Positions 1 to 12,130 of a stretch of 64,000 bases of DNA are shown piece by piece. The notes under the pieces were generated by a model that was not told the origin of the DNA, did no database searches, and saw only the letters and a list, made by a program, of their open reading frames with translations. The translations under genes and the position numbers were made by a program. Where the stretch lies: the sequence record OR699282.2. The stretch is one strand, 5' to 3'. The stretch's first letter is position 1, and every line of letters begins with the position of its first letter. The DNA comes from Escherichia phage BAU.Micro_ELP-22.

Positions 1-241
1 TCATGATGCATTAATGAAACCACATAATCGTCCATTTGATGATACCTTTGTGACACACCCATTTTACCTGGCTGATTCCGAAGAAGATGAGTTTCAAAAG
101 AACACAACGTTAAGCCCAGGTGAAATTTGCATCCCTTACGTACTTAAAGATAAAATGAATCACATCACAGAAGTTATGAAAACATGCTGGTAGATGCAAT
201 GAAACTTTGATATAATACAAATAATGATAATAGGAGGATAT

Positions 242-460
242 ATGAAATTTATTGATTTTGATATTTCTAAGGCCAAAGAATTATTTGTAAGAAATGAAGT
301 TTATGATATCATGTTACATAACGGCACTGTACAAGAAGATGTTGTGTTGTTTTCGTTTGATGGTGAAAATCTCGAAACTATATATAAATTCAGCAACTTA
401 GATGGTGACTTTTGGGAAACCAGTGCTGTTAAAATGTATAGAATTAAAAAGGAGCATTAA
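242..460 (+). CDS. hypothetical small protein
   Basis: ATG preceded by AGGAGG (233-238); extended -10 TGATATAAT upstream. Confidence 0.5.
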   Translation: MKFIDFDISKAKELFVRNEVYDIMLHNGTVQEDVVLFSFDGENLETIYKFSNLDGDFWETSAVKMYRIKKEH

Positions 461-461
461 C

Positions 462-950
462 ATGCCAATTCGTGGTGTACCAGAACCATTAATGGAAGTT
501 ATTAAGCATGTTCGCATTGGAGATCGAGAAGTTAATCTTCGCCGTAATAACATTTATTACTTTAAAACTTCAGAAATGAGTTCTGTACAGATTGTCATTG
601 GTACATCTATTAAGATCACTCGCGTACTTGATGGTAGTACTGACTTCGTTGAATATAATGTACTTACTAATAAAGTAACGCATATATATAAATGGAGTGG
701 GTATAAAACTATTAAGTATGAATTTGACTTAGCTAGAACTGAAGAAGAACGATTTATGCTGAGTACTATCAATCCAGCAAACTATCCCGATCTTGATGCA
801 TTTTTGCTAATTTTAAAATTGTATAATGAAGCAAATCAGAAAGCTAAAGAGTATGATAGAATCATGTATGAACGCCGAAAAGAACGTGCACAAAAAAGTT
901 ATGATCTGTATGATAGCCCATACGTAAAATATAGTAAGGGATCGAAATGA
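462..950 (+). CDS. hypothetical protein
   Basis: ATG after AAGGAG; 162 codons; track ORF 402..950 trimmed to SD-supported start. Confidence 0.55.
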   Translation: MPIRGVPEPLMEVIKHVRIGDREVNLRRNNIYYFKTSEMSSVQIVIGTSIKITRVLDGSTDFVEYNVLTNKVTHIYKWSGYKTIKYEFDLARTEEERFMLSTINPANYPDLDAFLLILKLYNEANQKAKEYDRIMYERRKERAQKSYDLYDSPYVKYSKGSK

Positions 951-1351
951 ATAAAGAAGTTCAAATTATCATAACTCCACCTATACAAAGTCTGGATGTA
1001 TCCATTAGTGATTTTTTGGAAAAATACTATGAATGGTTTAATGAAGATTCAGTAATTTATAACCATTCATTGCCTGATGGTTTCGTTGAGCTTATTGAAT
1101 TAAATGCCAAATCACTATACTTCTGTGTTGAATACAATGATTATATGACAGATGAAGCATATCGTTTTCGTTGTACATTGTATCCTAACCATTTTTCCAT
1201 TGGTTATAAAGATTACCAGTACTGTACCACTAACTATAGTGTTGAGGAAGAATTTCAGTACAATTTACTTTATCCTGATTTAGATTATACGATTGCAGTA
1301 CTGTTGACTAAAATCATGGATTTTTATAAAGATAAATATAATGCAGCCTAA
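947..1351 (+). CDS. hypothetical protein
   Basis: 134-codon ORF, start overlaps upstream stop. Confidence 0.55.
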   Translation: MNKEVQIIITPPIQSLDVSISDFLEKYYEWFNEDSVIYNHSLPDGFVELIELNAKSLYFCVEYNDYMTDEAYRFRCTLYPNHFSIGYKDYQYCTTNYSVEEEFQYNLLYPDLDYTIAVLLTKIMDFYKDKYNAA

Positions 1352-1526
1352 GACATTTGATGAGTGGTTTAATCTACACTATAATATAAATGCAGCAGAT
1401 ATATACTATTTTAAGCTTGAATTGTATATATCATTGCGTAACCCAATTGAGTACTATAACAACATTATCAATTGTGATGATTTTGGTACATATTTTAGTA
1501 TAGCCGTTATGGATATTAAGAGATGA
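1341..1526 (+). CDS. hypothetical small protein
   Basis: 61-codon ORF in operon context. Confidence 0.4.
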   Translation: MQPKTFDEWFNLHYNINAADIYYFKLELYISLRNPIEYYNNIINCDDFGTYFSIAVMDIKR

Positions 1527-1702
1527 CACATGAAGAATGGATGACAATGATGAAAAAACGTTATGACCAGTTTGGAAATGGATTTATTGATGGTCATTTC
1601 GATATTTTACGAGACAAATATAAGTTCGAATCATATGTACTAGATGAGAATGGAAATCGTTGGTTCATCTATGAGCTTGCGGTTAGAGACAAAAAAATAT
1701 AA
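1523..1702 (+). CDS. MTHEEW-family small protein (paralog)
   Basis: 59 codons, N-terminus MTHEEWM, ends YELAVRDKK like 1781 and 2300 copies. Confidence 0.5.
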   Translation: MTHEEWMTMMKKRYDQFGNGFIDGHFDILRDKYKFESYVLDENGNRWFIYELAVRDKKI

Positions 1703-1780
1703 TAATCTTTTCCATTGTCCATTGCAATGCTTTCTTTACAGAAGAATAAATGAAACACTTAATTGAACTGGATACATAAA

Positions 1781-1957
1781 ATGACACATGAAGAATGGAT
1801 AGAGTCACTAAAATATAAACATGATCATTTTGGATTTGGTATACGCCAAGGCCATTATGATGTTTTGAACGATAAAAAAACGTTCGAATCATTGGTTTTG
1901 AACGAAGATTCCAACCACTGGTTCATCTACGAGCTTGCTATTAGAGATAAAAAATAG
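1781..1957 (+). CDS. MTHEEW-family small protein (paralog)
   Basis: N-terminus MTHEEWI, C-term WFIYELAIRDKK; conserved upstream TTAATTGAACTGGATACATAAA. Confidence 0.55.
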   Translation: MTHEEWIESLKYKHDHFGFGIRQGHYDVLNDKKTFESLVLNEDSNHWFIYELAIRDKK

Positions 1958-1962
1958 TAAGA

Positions 1963-2298
<336 letters not shown>

Positions 2299-2299
2299 A

Positions 2300-2482
2300 A
2301 TGACACACGAAGAATGGATGTCCAAACAGCATAAAGAACATGACTGCTTTGGGAATGGCATTCGTCAGGTACATTATGATATATTAAGAGATGAAAATCT
2401 TTTCAGGTCATATGTTTTGGATACCAGAAAACCCTGGTTTATATGCGAACTGGCATTTAGAAAGTCAAATAATCAAAACTAA
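2300..2482 (+). CDS. MTHEEW-family small protein (paralog)
   Basis: N-terminus MTHEEWM, C-term WFICELAFRK. Confidence 0.55.
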   Translation: MTHEEWMSKQHKEHDCFGNGIRQVHYDILRDENLFRSYVLDTRKPWFICELAFRKSNNQN

Positions 2483-2498
2483 ACAAGGAATACAAAAA

Positions 2499-2717
2499 AT
2501 GGAAACAACTTTATTAGAAGTTATTCAATCATTAAAACCTGAAGATGAGGTTCAAGTACTACTACATGGTTATCGTGTAAAAGGTACTGTGGTTTTAGTC
2601 AATGATACAACATTGGTTATTACAGAAACAAACCCATATGATAGTAATCAACTTGCCAATATCCATATCGATATCACTGGAATTATTGGTGTCGGTGTAT
2701 CTAAAACACTTGCATAA
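2499..2717 (+). CDS. hypothetical small protein
   Basis: ATG 9 nt after CAAGGA; track ORF 2391..2717 trimmed. Confidence 0.4.
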   Translation: METTLLEVIQSLKPEDEVQVLLHGYRVKGTVVLVNDTTLVITETNPYDSNQLANIHIDITGIIGVGVSKTLA

Positions 2718-2770
2718 ATCATTAATTCATTATATAATGATTATCACTGGTTCTAGATGAGGATAATATT

Positions 2771-3043
2771 ATGCATTTTGAAAAATTCAACGTAAATCGT
2801 AACACACGCATTGAAGTTCTTTATGAAACTCAAGACACCATTAGTATTCGTACAAGTAGTGGGGATGTATATCATGACTGTACGATTGGCTGGGAACAGG
2901 GAAGAACGCGTAGTGCAGTATTTGATAATTATCGCTTTTATCAAGGAGACACTACGATTTGGCCTGAATACGTAGAAGATATTGCGTTTGAAGATGAACA
3001 TAAAGATGAATTTATCAAATTTAATCCTCAAACTGAATCATAA
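2771..3043 (+). CDS. hypothetical protein
   Basis: 90-codon ORF with GAGGAT SD. Confidence 0.5.
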   Translation: MHFEKFNVNRNTRIEVLYETQDTISIRTSSGDVYHDCTIGWEQGRTRSAVFDNYRFYQGDTTIWPEYVEDIAFEDEHKDEFIKFNPQTES

Positions 3044-3060
3044 ATAATGGGACATCACAT

Positions 3061-3176
<116 letters not shown>

Positions 3177-3180
3177 AAAT

Positions 3181-3282
<102 letters not shown>

Positions 3283-3287
3283 AAACC

Positions 3288-3448
3288 ATGACGCATGAAG
3301 AATGGATGAATGACATTAATTTTAGATATTCGGGTATCGGTAAATGGCTAAAGTATCATTGGGAATTCATTTCAGAGCCACATATGTATGATAAACTTAT
3401 CAACGATCCAGCATATGAAATGTACTTAATTGAACTACTGGTACGAAT

Positions 3449-3452
<4 letters not shown>
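3288..3452 (+). CDS. MTHEEW-family small protein (paralog)
   Basis: 54 codons starting MTHEEWM, directly after tRNA-like element. Confidence 0.5.
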
Positions 3453-3614
<162 letters not shown>

Positions 3615-3624
3615 AAAAAAAAGA

Positions 3625-4033
<409 letters not shown>

Positions 4034-4037
<4 letters not shown>

Positions 4038-4061
4038 CTAAATAATTCAGTACTGTATAAT
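4034..4061 (+). promoter_or_regulatory. sigma70-like early promoter
   Basis: TTGACTAAATAATTCAGTACTGTATAAT immediately upstream of tRNA-Gly. Confidence 0.6.
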
Positions 4062-4063
4062 GC

Positions 4064-4147
<84 letters not shown>

Positions 4148-4161
4148 TTAATAATTCAAAG

Positions 4162-4344
4162 GTGAATATGATGCTATCACACAAAACAGCAACTGTTGAA
4201 AATATTGAATCATTATCTGCACAAGAATTGGTTGACAAAATTAAAGAAGTATGTGATAATAATGGCATTGATATGAATGATACATTTATTAGTGTAGGTT
4301 ATGGTGATTTAGAAATTCAATCTAAAACACTATATTATACTTGA
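4162..4344 (+). CDS. hypothetical small protein
   Basis: 60-codon ORF with AAAGGTGA SD. Confidence 0.45.
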   Translation: MNMMLSHKTATVENIESLSAQELVDKIKEVCDNNGIDMNDTFISVGYGDLEIQSKTLYYT

Positions 4345-4400
4345 CTAAATAGTTCAGTACCGAAGGAGATTAATATGTTTAAAGATGAACGTCCAGATTT

Positions 4401-4441
<41 letters not shown>

Positions 4442-4449
4442 GAATTCCA

Positions 4450-4795
4450 CAATCAGACGTATATGGTGTAAGTTACGTCGATGCAATCCAGAACAAGATC
4501 TCTGGTACTCTAGGAAGTGGTGAATGTTAACCTAGACGGGTTTGATAATTGGACGATAGGCAATTATTACTTGACTAGCAGGTTGAAACTAGAGGTGACA
4601 GTCCTTCACCAAACTGGAAAACCGGATGGACTTTTATTTAAAAGGGTAAGGCGTGGAAATATGTTTACAGAAGTTGCTTTTAGTAGCCTGTACGCCCCAC
4701 GTCAAGGTAGCCGAAAGGCAAGTTAAAACGGATGGTTATAAAGCTGAATTAACAGCGGCGTTTAAAAGCGTCACCATCCATTTTTTTTAATTAAA
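4450..4795 (+). ncRNA. candidate structured small RNA(s) in tRNA cluster
   Basis: GC-richer stretch downstream of promoter 4413-4441, ends in hairpin GGATGGT..CACCATCC plus T8; only a weak 69-codon ORF without SD. Confidence 0.3.
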
Positions 4796-4804
4796 GTTGG
4801 TGAT

Positions 4805-5194
<390 letters not shown>

Positions 5195-5210
5195 TATTAA
5201 GTATTGATAT

Positions 5211-5456
<246 letters not shown>

Positions 5457-5461
5457 CTAAA

Positions 5462-5626
<165 letters not shown>

Positions 5627-5650
5627 ACGAAATTACAATAGGAAATTAAA

Positions 5651-5836
5651 ATGCAACTTTTAATTCTTTCAATATTGTATATTATTATAATGGTTCCGAT
5701 ATCAATACGTTTAATTACAGTTGAACGATTTTTATCGAAACATGGAAATAGATCTATGATCTTTGTACCAATCGGGTTGATATTGTTTGGTATATTTTCA
5801 TTTATAATGGGAATTAACGCTACATTCATTTCATAG
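5651..5836 (+). CDS. small hydrophobic membrane protein
   Basis: 61 codons, two hydrophobic segments. Confidence 0.45.
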   Translation: MQLLILSILYIIIMVPISIRLITVERFLSKHGNRSMIFVPIGLILFGIFSFIMGINATFIS

Positions 5837-5845
5837 GAAACAAAT

Positions 5846-6103
<258 letters not shown>

Positions 6104-6111
6104 GAATTTAA

Positions 6112-6513
6112 ATGAAAAAGAATGACTTGATCAAAATGCTTCAAGAGATTGACGGCAATCCAGAGATTGTTATTTGGAATGGATATGTCGATGATTATAT
6201 GAACATCGAAAAAGGCTTGACTAAAATCACTCTAGTCAAAGAAACTGAACAGTTCCTTCTGGAAGCATTAGTGCACGAATGGTGCAAACGTAACAATACA
6301 TTCGACATTCCAGAAGATCAACGAACTAAGATTGCAGAACGTGCTAAAGAACTGCATAAGAAACGCGAATACGATTTCCAGAACCCACATGTTACTGAAG
6401 ACGAATTCAATCACTGGTACGGTAAAAAGAAATTGACAAAGTATGTCCTTTCACCTAAACTACGTGGTAAGACTTCACTTGGTGTATTCAACGCCGCAGA
6501 CTTAAACTACTAG
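6112..6513 (+). CDS. hypothetical protein
   Basis: 133-codon ORF, GC-richer codon usage. Confidence 0.6.
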   Translation: MKKNDLIKMLQEIDGNPEIVIWNGYVDDYMNIEKGLTKITLVKETEQFLLEALVHEWCKRNNTFDIPEDQRTKIAERAKELHKKREYDFQNPHVTEDEFNHWYGKKKLTKYVLSPKLRGKTSLGVFNAADLNY

Positions 6514-6522
6514 CGGGTATTA

Positions 6523-6777
<255 letters not shown>

Positions 6778-6812
6778 CAGGGGAGGTTGTGATTCCCGAT
6801 TCAGTAGCTTAT

Positions 6813-6935
<123 letters not shown>

Positions 6936-6936
6936 T

Positions 6937-7071
<135 letters not shown>

Positions 7072-7073
7072 TA

Positions 7074-7130
<57 letters not shown>

Positions 7131-7215
7131 AGTAAGAGTAAAAATGAAAGTAAGTAAAAAAACTACCAAGCAGCTTGAAGAACTTTGTAGTGCTGCACCT
7201 ATGCCGACTCTTGGC

Positions 7216-7316
<101 letters not shown>

Positions 7317-7328
7317 TATCTTACTTCT

Positions 7329-7407
<79 letters not shown>

Positions 7408-7424
7408 CAAAATAAAGGTACACT

Positions 7425-7850
7425 ATGAAATACAACATTGTTAAAATGGTGAACTATGTATTAAAAAACAACGCATGGTCACTGCATGATGTACATATAG
7501 AAGATATTGGTGAAGTTAGAGTATTTTGCTATGATCCAGATTTGAATCAAACCACAGATTTGAGTAAATGTTTTAATATTTTTCTTGGTTATGAATTCAA
7601 TAATCATTTTTATTCATTTGATGTGTATTTTGAAAAAGTTATATTCAGAAGTTATGAATGTGATAATGAAGATTATGATTATGATGATGAATCAATTGAA
7701 TTGAATGTTAACGATATTGATACTGAAGAAAAATTCTTCCAGTACTGCCTCGTTAACAACACATTAGGATTAACATTTGATGACATTAGTGCTATCCTTA
7801 AAGTTCAAAAATTGATTCCAGAAGAGGTATTAAATCCGTTAAATGACTAG
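7425..7850 (+). CDS. hypothetical protein, FQxSTV-motif family
   Basis: 141 codons; C-term EEKFFQYCLVNNTLGLTFDDISAIL. Confidence 0.6.
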   Translation: MKYNIVKMVNYVLKNNAWSLHDVHIEDIGEVRVFCYDPDLNQTTDLSKCFNIFLGYEFNNHFYSFDVYFEKVIFRSYECDNEDYDYDDESIELNVNDIDTEEKFFQYCLVNNTLGLTFDDISAILKVQKLIPEEVLNPLND

Positions 7851-8058
7851 AACAGTTTACAAGCACAATGGTGTGGTGTATCTAGCAGATAATACTGGAA
7901 CTTGGATTGTTAATCAAGGTAATCCACCAAATCCATATTCAGTTGGAAGTGAGTTTTCACTTAAAAGAACATGGCTATCAACTGATAATATGTGTAAGTA
8001 TGGGGATTTTGATACATATGAAGATGCTATGAATCGTGTTCGTTCTATAATTGATTAA
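7843..8058 (+). CDS. hypothetical protein
   Basis: 71-codon ORF, overlapping start. Confidence 0.5.
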   Translation: MTRTVYKHNGVVYLADNTGTWIVNQGNPPNPYSVGSEFSLKRTWLSTDNMCKYGDFDTYEDAMNRVRSIID

Positions 8059-8428
8059 AAGGTACTTGATGGATAGTCTAATAGTACGTATAATGCAAGA
8101 TGTTCGTAAGAATCTTTATACTGGTAATTTTGATGATCATAACATAAAAATATTATGTTATGATGGTTTCACACTGACACATCCATCAGAATCTAATAAT
8201 ATATACATAGCATATACTTCTCCTAATATTTTGTATCAATTTGATTTATATAGTACAATGGCTAAGATAACCTTAGATGTTTCTAATGAGCCGATTTTTA
8301 TAGCAGTACGTGATGTTGAGTACACAGAAGAGTCATTATTCCAGTACTCAATGATAAATGACATTGGTGACTTGACATTAGAAGAAATAAATGTTATAGT
8401 TGGTATGTGTCGTTTGATTAATCCATAA
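8051..8428 (+). CDS. hypothetical protein, FQxSTV-motif family
   Basis: 125 codons; C-term EESLFQYSMINDIGDLTLEEINVIV parallels 7425. Confidence 0.55.
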   Translation: MIKRYLMDSLIVRIMQDVRKNLYTGNFDDHNIKILCYDGFTLTHPSESNNIYIAYTSPNILYQFDLYSTMAKITLDVSNEPIFIAVRDVEYTEESLFQYSMINDIGDLTLEEINVIVGMCRLINP

Positions 8429-8441
8429 CTCGGAGCTTAAT

Positions 8442-8633
8442 ATGTTTTGGAATTTGTTATGCTTATTTGGTCGTACATTGGTTCTTGCTATTATTCATAC
8501 ACCTGGTATTCGTAATTATGTTTCTTATGAATTTAAGAAAAATTATCATAACAATACTGAAGTTCGTACAACTAAGATGTGCAAAGACTTCAAGGTAGAT
8601 GTTCCACCATTCAAGAAGTACGAGGATGAATAA
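8442..8633 (+). CDS. hypothetical small protein
   Basis: 63-codon ORF with GGAG SD. Confidence 0.4.
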   Translation: MFWNLLCLFGRTLVLAIIHTPGIRNYVSYEFKKNYHNNTEVRTTKMCKDFKVDVPPFKKYEDE

Positions 8634-8917
8634 TGGAATTCATTGTTGCACCTGATGAACTTAAAACATTTACGTTCAGAGATAATAACAATTATCCTTA
8701 TACAAATCATTCATTGAATTCATTGCATGTTATTTCAATCATTGCATCTGAATACAGAGATAATCCATGTATTGATTTTAAAACCACTGATGGTGAATAT
8801 ACATGGGTGTTCCCAAAAGATAAATATAGTTATCAAGGGGCAGTAGAAATTCGTGACTCGATTCTAAAACAAATCGAAGATGGAAATACTCATCCTAAAC
8901 TAAACACTCAGTACTGA
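8633..8917 (+). CDS. hypothetical protein
   Basis: 94-codon ORF, ATG overlaps upstream stop. Confidence 0.5.
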   Translation: MEFIVAPDELKTFTFRDNNNYPYTNHSLNSLHVISIIASEYRDNPCIDFKTTDGEYTWVFPKDKYSYQGAVEIRDSILKQIEDGNTHPKLNTQY

Positions 8918-9104
8918 AATCGTTTAACCCGATAGCTTCTAGTCAGTACTGATTCCTCCTTATGTATAGAAGCTATCACTTTTTTACGTATAATGATATT
9001 ACCCTCAAATTCATTATATTCGTTACCCTCTAACAGTATCTTTTTATTCCTCTTGGATGCTGTAATTTAGAAGTTGACTTTTTAACTTCTACTGTGTTAT
9101 ACTT

Positions 9105-9133
9105 AAGGCTGATTCGATGAATCGGCCTTTTTT
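9105..9133 (+). terminator. rho-independent terminator
   Basis: 11 bp stem AAGGCTGATTC/GAATCGGCCTT with GAT loop, then TTTTTT. Confidence 0.7.
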
Positions 9134-9142
9134 CTTATATAG

Positions 9143-9571
9143 GTGAATGCAATGAGTTATTTGTTTACTTTAATTGATAAGTATGTTGACATTGTATACC
9201 GTCAAGTTTGTAGTGATACGTTTGAAACAAAAAACCCAATTAGAGATGGCATTTTTGATGTTGTCGTTGGATCATTTTTGAATGGATACACCGAGACATT
9301 ATACAACAGTAATAATATTTTTATTTCAGTTCAATCCAGACATACATCAGACTATGCTGTTAGCATTGATATTTGGGAAAATAATATAGAAATAGATATA
9401 ACGGAACATACTAACATTCATGTTGATGATACATTTAATCAATTAACTGAAGAAATGTACTTGCAGTTGAATTTTGTACATGATCTTACAAATATCAGTT
9501 ATGATACATTAAGGAAAATATGTTTTCTTAGTGGGGTGATCCGTAGTAATATGAGTAAGGATGGGAAGTGA
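9143..9571 (+). CDS. hypothetical protein, FQxSTV-motif family
   Basis: 142 codons; C-term motif TEEMYLQLNFVHDLTNISYDTL. Confidence 0.55.
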   Translation: MNAMSYLFTLIDKYVDIVYRQVCSDTFETKNPIRDGIFDVVVGSFLNGYTETLYNSNNIFISVQSRHTSDYAVSIDIWENNIEIDITEHTNIHVDDTFNQLTEEMYLQLNFVHDLTNISYDTLRKICFLSGVIRSNMSKDGK

Positions 9572-9572
9572 A

Positions 9573-9989
9573 ATGTTAAAAATTCCACCTAAGTCGTTAA
9601 CACATCTTATTGAATGTGGTGTAATATTTTCCGAAGGTGATACCTCATCATACACATCGGTCGATGAACCTTATAATTTTTCATACCAATCTTATAAAAA
9701 TAATTCTAAAATTTCTTGTAGATATGCTGAAAACATATTAATAGATGTTTCGTTACATAATGTTCCGAAATTTTACATTGATATCTTTGGTGATTCTTTG
9801 ACAATTCGAACATATGATTATTTTATTAATAACGACCTCTTGAGTCTTCCAATTGAACATGATACTATAGATTCAGAGATGTTCTTTCAACTATCAACAG
9901 TTTACGATTTACAGGGTTTAACTGTTGAGCAGTTGAATGGAATATTTGAGATTTCACGAAACATACGAAGCAGGAATAAAAATGTCTAA
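9573..9989 (+). CDS. hypothetical protein, FQxSTV-motif family
   Basis: Start moved to second ATG after upstream stop; C-term DSEMFFQLSTVYDLQGLTVEQL. Confidence 0.5.
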   Translation: MLKIPPKSLTHLIECGVIFSEGDTSSYTSVDEPYNFSYQSYKNNSKISCRYAENILIDVSLHNVPKFYIDIFGDSLTIRTYDYFINNDLLSLPIEHDTIDSEMFFQLSTVYDLQGLTVEQLNGIFEISRNIRSRNKNV

Positions 9990-10392
9990 TATTTTAAATG
10001 AAAAAACAGTTGATGTTGTTATTGGTGTTCTTAACACCGCAACTTCATTTCAGAAGAAACACAGTGTTGTATACTTCGGTGAAGATTGTTGGCTGAACTA
10101 TACTAATAATTCGTTTATAATTCGTGTAGAGGCTGATGATATTGGATTAACCGTTCAGGTAGGATGTGCCAAAACTGACAAACAAATCACTGTCATTGTT
10201 GATAAACTTACGTCTTCTTTTTATGATAGTATAGATGATTGTGAACACTATAGTTCAACATTTTATGATACAGAAGAAGAACATTTTATGGAAAGTACTG
10301 TTCAAGAGTTAGCTATTCCATATAAGCTAATGAAAGCAGTGAGTGATTTAATTTTAAAATATAAAAAAATAGGAGTTACTAATGCAATTTAA
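9982..10392 (+). CDS. hypothetical protein, FQxSTV-motif family
   Basis: ATG after CAGGAA; C-term EEEHFMESTVQELAIPYKL. Confidence 0.5.
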   Translation: MSNILNEKTVDVVIGVLNTATSFQKKHSVVYFGEDCWLNYTNNSFIIRVEADDIGLTVQVGCAKTDKQITVIVDKLTSSFYDSIDDCEHYSSTFYDTEEEHFMESTVQELAIPYKLMKAVSDLILKYKKIGVTNAI

Positions 10393-10828
10393 TGGTAAAG
10401 TTTCCAAAGTAGGTTTGGTTTTTGAAAACTGTGAATTTGTTGATATTGATGTAAAGAATGTTTTATGGATGCATATTGCTGATGAGAAGACTCTTTGTAG
10501 CCGTTTTTCAAACGGACTGACAATTAGTACTGTTATCGGTGAGTTCGGTATTGCATTACGCAGCAATACACCATCGGATTTCATGGACAACTCTACACTG
10601 TTAGACCGTTTAAAAATGCGTGACGTTACACACGTTTATCTATATGATACTAACGGTGTTGAACAGCGTTATGTAGTTGAATGGGCTAATTATAACCTTA
10701 GTGATCAATATTCAGTAAACCAGCGTGTTCAAATCACCCCTGGTGGTAATATTGTGTTTGTTAGTTCAACTGGTAAATTAATCAGTGTAGATGATAAAAA
10801 CATTGACCTATTCACAGCATATAACTAA
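10382..10828 (+). CDS. hypothetical protein
   Basis: 148-codon ORF. Confidence 0.55.
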   Translation: MQFNGKVSKVGLVFENCEFVDIDVKNVLWMHIADEKTLCSRFSNGLTISTVIGEFGIALRSNTPSDFMDNSTLLDRLKMRDVTHVYLYDTNGVEQRYVVEWANYNLSDQYSVNQRVQITPGGNIVFVSSTGKLISVDDKNIDLFTAYN

Positions 10829-10839
10829 TACGAGCTTCC

Positions 10840-11259
10840 ATGAAAACAATCAAAATTCATTTCAAAGACACTTGGACAGAAGTAAGTACTGGTAATATTC
10901 AGGATATTTTATATAGTACTGAAACTATTCATGTTTATGATGAAGAGACTGCTTCCGAGCAGTTAAAAGTTTTGCATCGTAGTGTTGGTGTGCACACTGA
11001 ATATGGCATTAAACATACTCGTGAATTACTTAATACTAATCACATTGAAACCCGTAAAGCAAACTTATCAAAAGAAGAAATGTTCGATTTCATCCTGAAC
11101 CATAAAGTTCATATTGAGCCTGATGGGTCTATATGGGAGAACACTGCTGGACAAAAAGTGCTGAAAAAATATCATGTTTCAATTGATAATGTAAAAATGT
11201 CAGGGTATGATTTGGAAGATGCAATTAATGAATATGTATCTAGGCAGAGGGCAAATTGA
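10840..11259 (+). CDS. hypothetical protein
   Basis: 139-codon ORF. Confidence 0.55.
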   Translation: MKTIKIHFKDTWTEVSTGNIQDILYSTETIHVYDEETASEQLKVLHRSVGVHTEYGIKHTRELLNTNHIETRKANLSKEEMFDFILNHKVHIEPDGSIWENTAGQKVLKKYHVSIDNVKMSGYDLEDAINEYVSRQRAN

Positions 11260-11630
11260 TGAGCTTGATAACATTTACAATTATTTGTTGCATTACTATT
11301 GTACTTTGTCGCCTGATTCATGTATACTCATATCATAAAGCGTTGCGAATCGAACAAGAGATTTACAACGAAAACCGAGAACCAGAACCAGTCAAGAAGC
11401 CACCATCACCTTATGGGTTGAAACGTGAGATGCATTCTCAAAGTAAAAAGTGGGGTTATGCAATTACTAAAAATGGCTACATCTATACTGCAAGTAATGG
11501 TTATTTTCAAATTCACCACGAATTAGAAGTGGCAGTTCAAATTTTGTGGGAGATGGAGGACATTGGTGGTTATGAGCGTACTAAGTTTGAATTCATATCA
11601 AATGATCCAGGAACTTCACGAGAAACATGA
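11256..11630 (+). CDS. hypothetical protein with N-terminal transmembrane segment
   Basis: 124 codons; hydrophobic N-terminus. Confidence 0.55.
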   Translation: MMSLITFTIICCITIVLCRLIHVYSYHKALRIEQEIYNENREPEPVKKPPSPYGLKREMHSQSKKWGYAITKNGYIYTASNGYFQIHHELEVAVQILWEMEDIGGYERTKFEFISNDPGTSRET

Positions 11631-11775
11631 TATAATTGTTGATGTGGAGAAGAAGGAAGTCGTTATGAAAAAGCAAGCATATAGAATTTTAGAAGACTTC
11701 CATCTAAAAGCATTTATAATGAAGTTCTGTACAGATGAACATCTTACCGGACGAGTAATACGTAAGGAGTTGTAA

Positions 11776-12117
11776 ATGAACTTAAGTTCAACAATTCAGT
11801 ACTTGAGCAGTAACTTCGAGAAAATTATTTCTCGCGGTGGGATGATTGTACACCCAGAAACAGAGGAAATGTACATCATTGGATTTGATAAAAATTCTTA
11901 TGATCAAGTACTTGTAATTTCCAAGTTAGAAAGTTATAATGAAGTTGTTCAGTTTTGCTGTACCGAATTTGGTATCTATATTAAAGACGCTGAAACTAAT
12001 ACAATTTCGCATTATTTTTACCACACACTGATGGGTACTAAAGACTTCGGCTTGAAGTTCGATGATTTAGTACAATGTCACTATATGTTTAAAACCTTCC
12101 CAGCTAGTGGGCATTAA
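11776..12117 (+). CDS. hypothetical protein
   Basis: 113-codon ORF with AAGGAG SD. Confidence 0.55.
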   Translation: MNLSSTIQYLSSNFEKIISRGGMIVHPETEEMYIIGFDKNSYDQVLVISKLESYNEVVQFCCTEFGIYIKDAETNTISHYFYHTLMGTKDFGLKFDDLVQCHYMFKTFPASGH

Positions 12118-12130
12118 GGAGTATATCAAT

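Noticed and set aside
557-772. Minus-strand ORFs embedded in + strand genes (also 12442-12792, 13330-13563, 14400-14699, 24176-24848, 25401-26027, 31708-32797, 33235-33753, 36310-36522, 38790-39054)
   Set aside because: Antisense to longer SD-supported + strand genes; low-complexity or hydrophobic translations typical of antisense AT-rich sequence.
4517-4726. 69-codon ORF in the tRNA cluster
   Set aside because: No SD, GC-rich structured context bounded by promoter and terminator; more consistent with a noncoding RNA (kept as a low-confidence ncRNA candidate).
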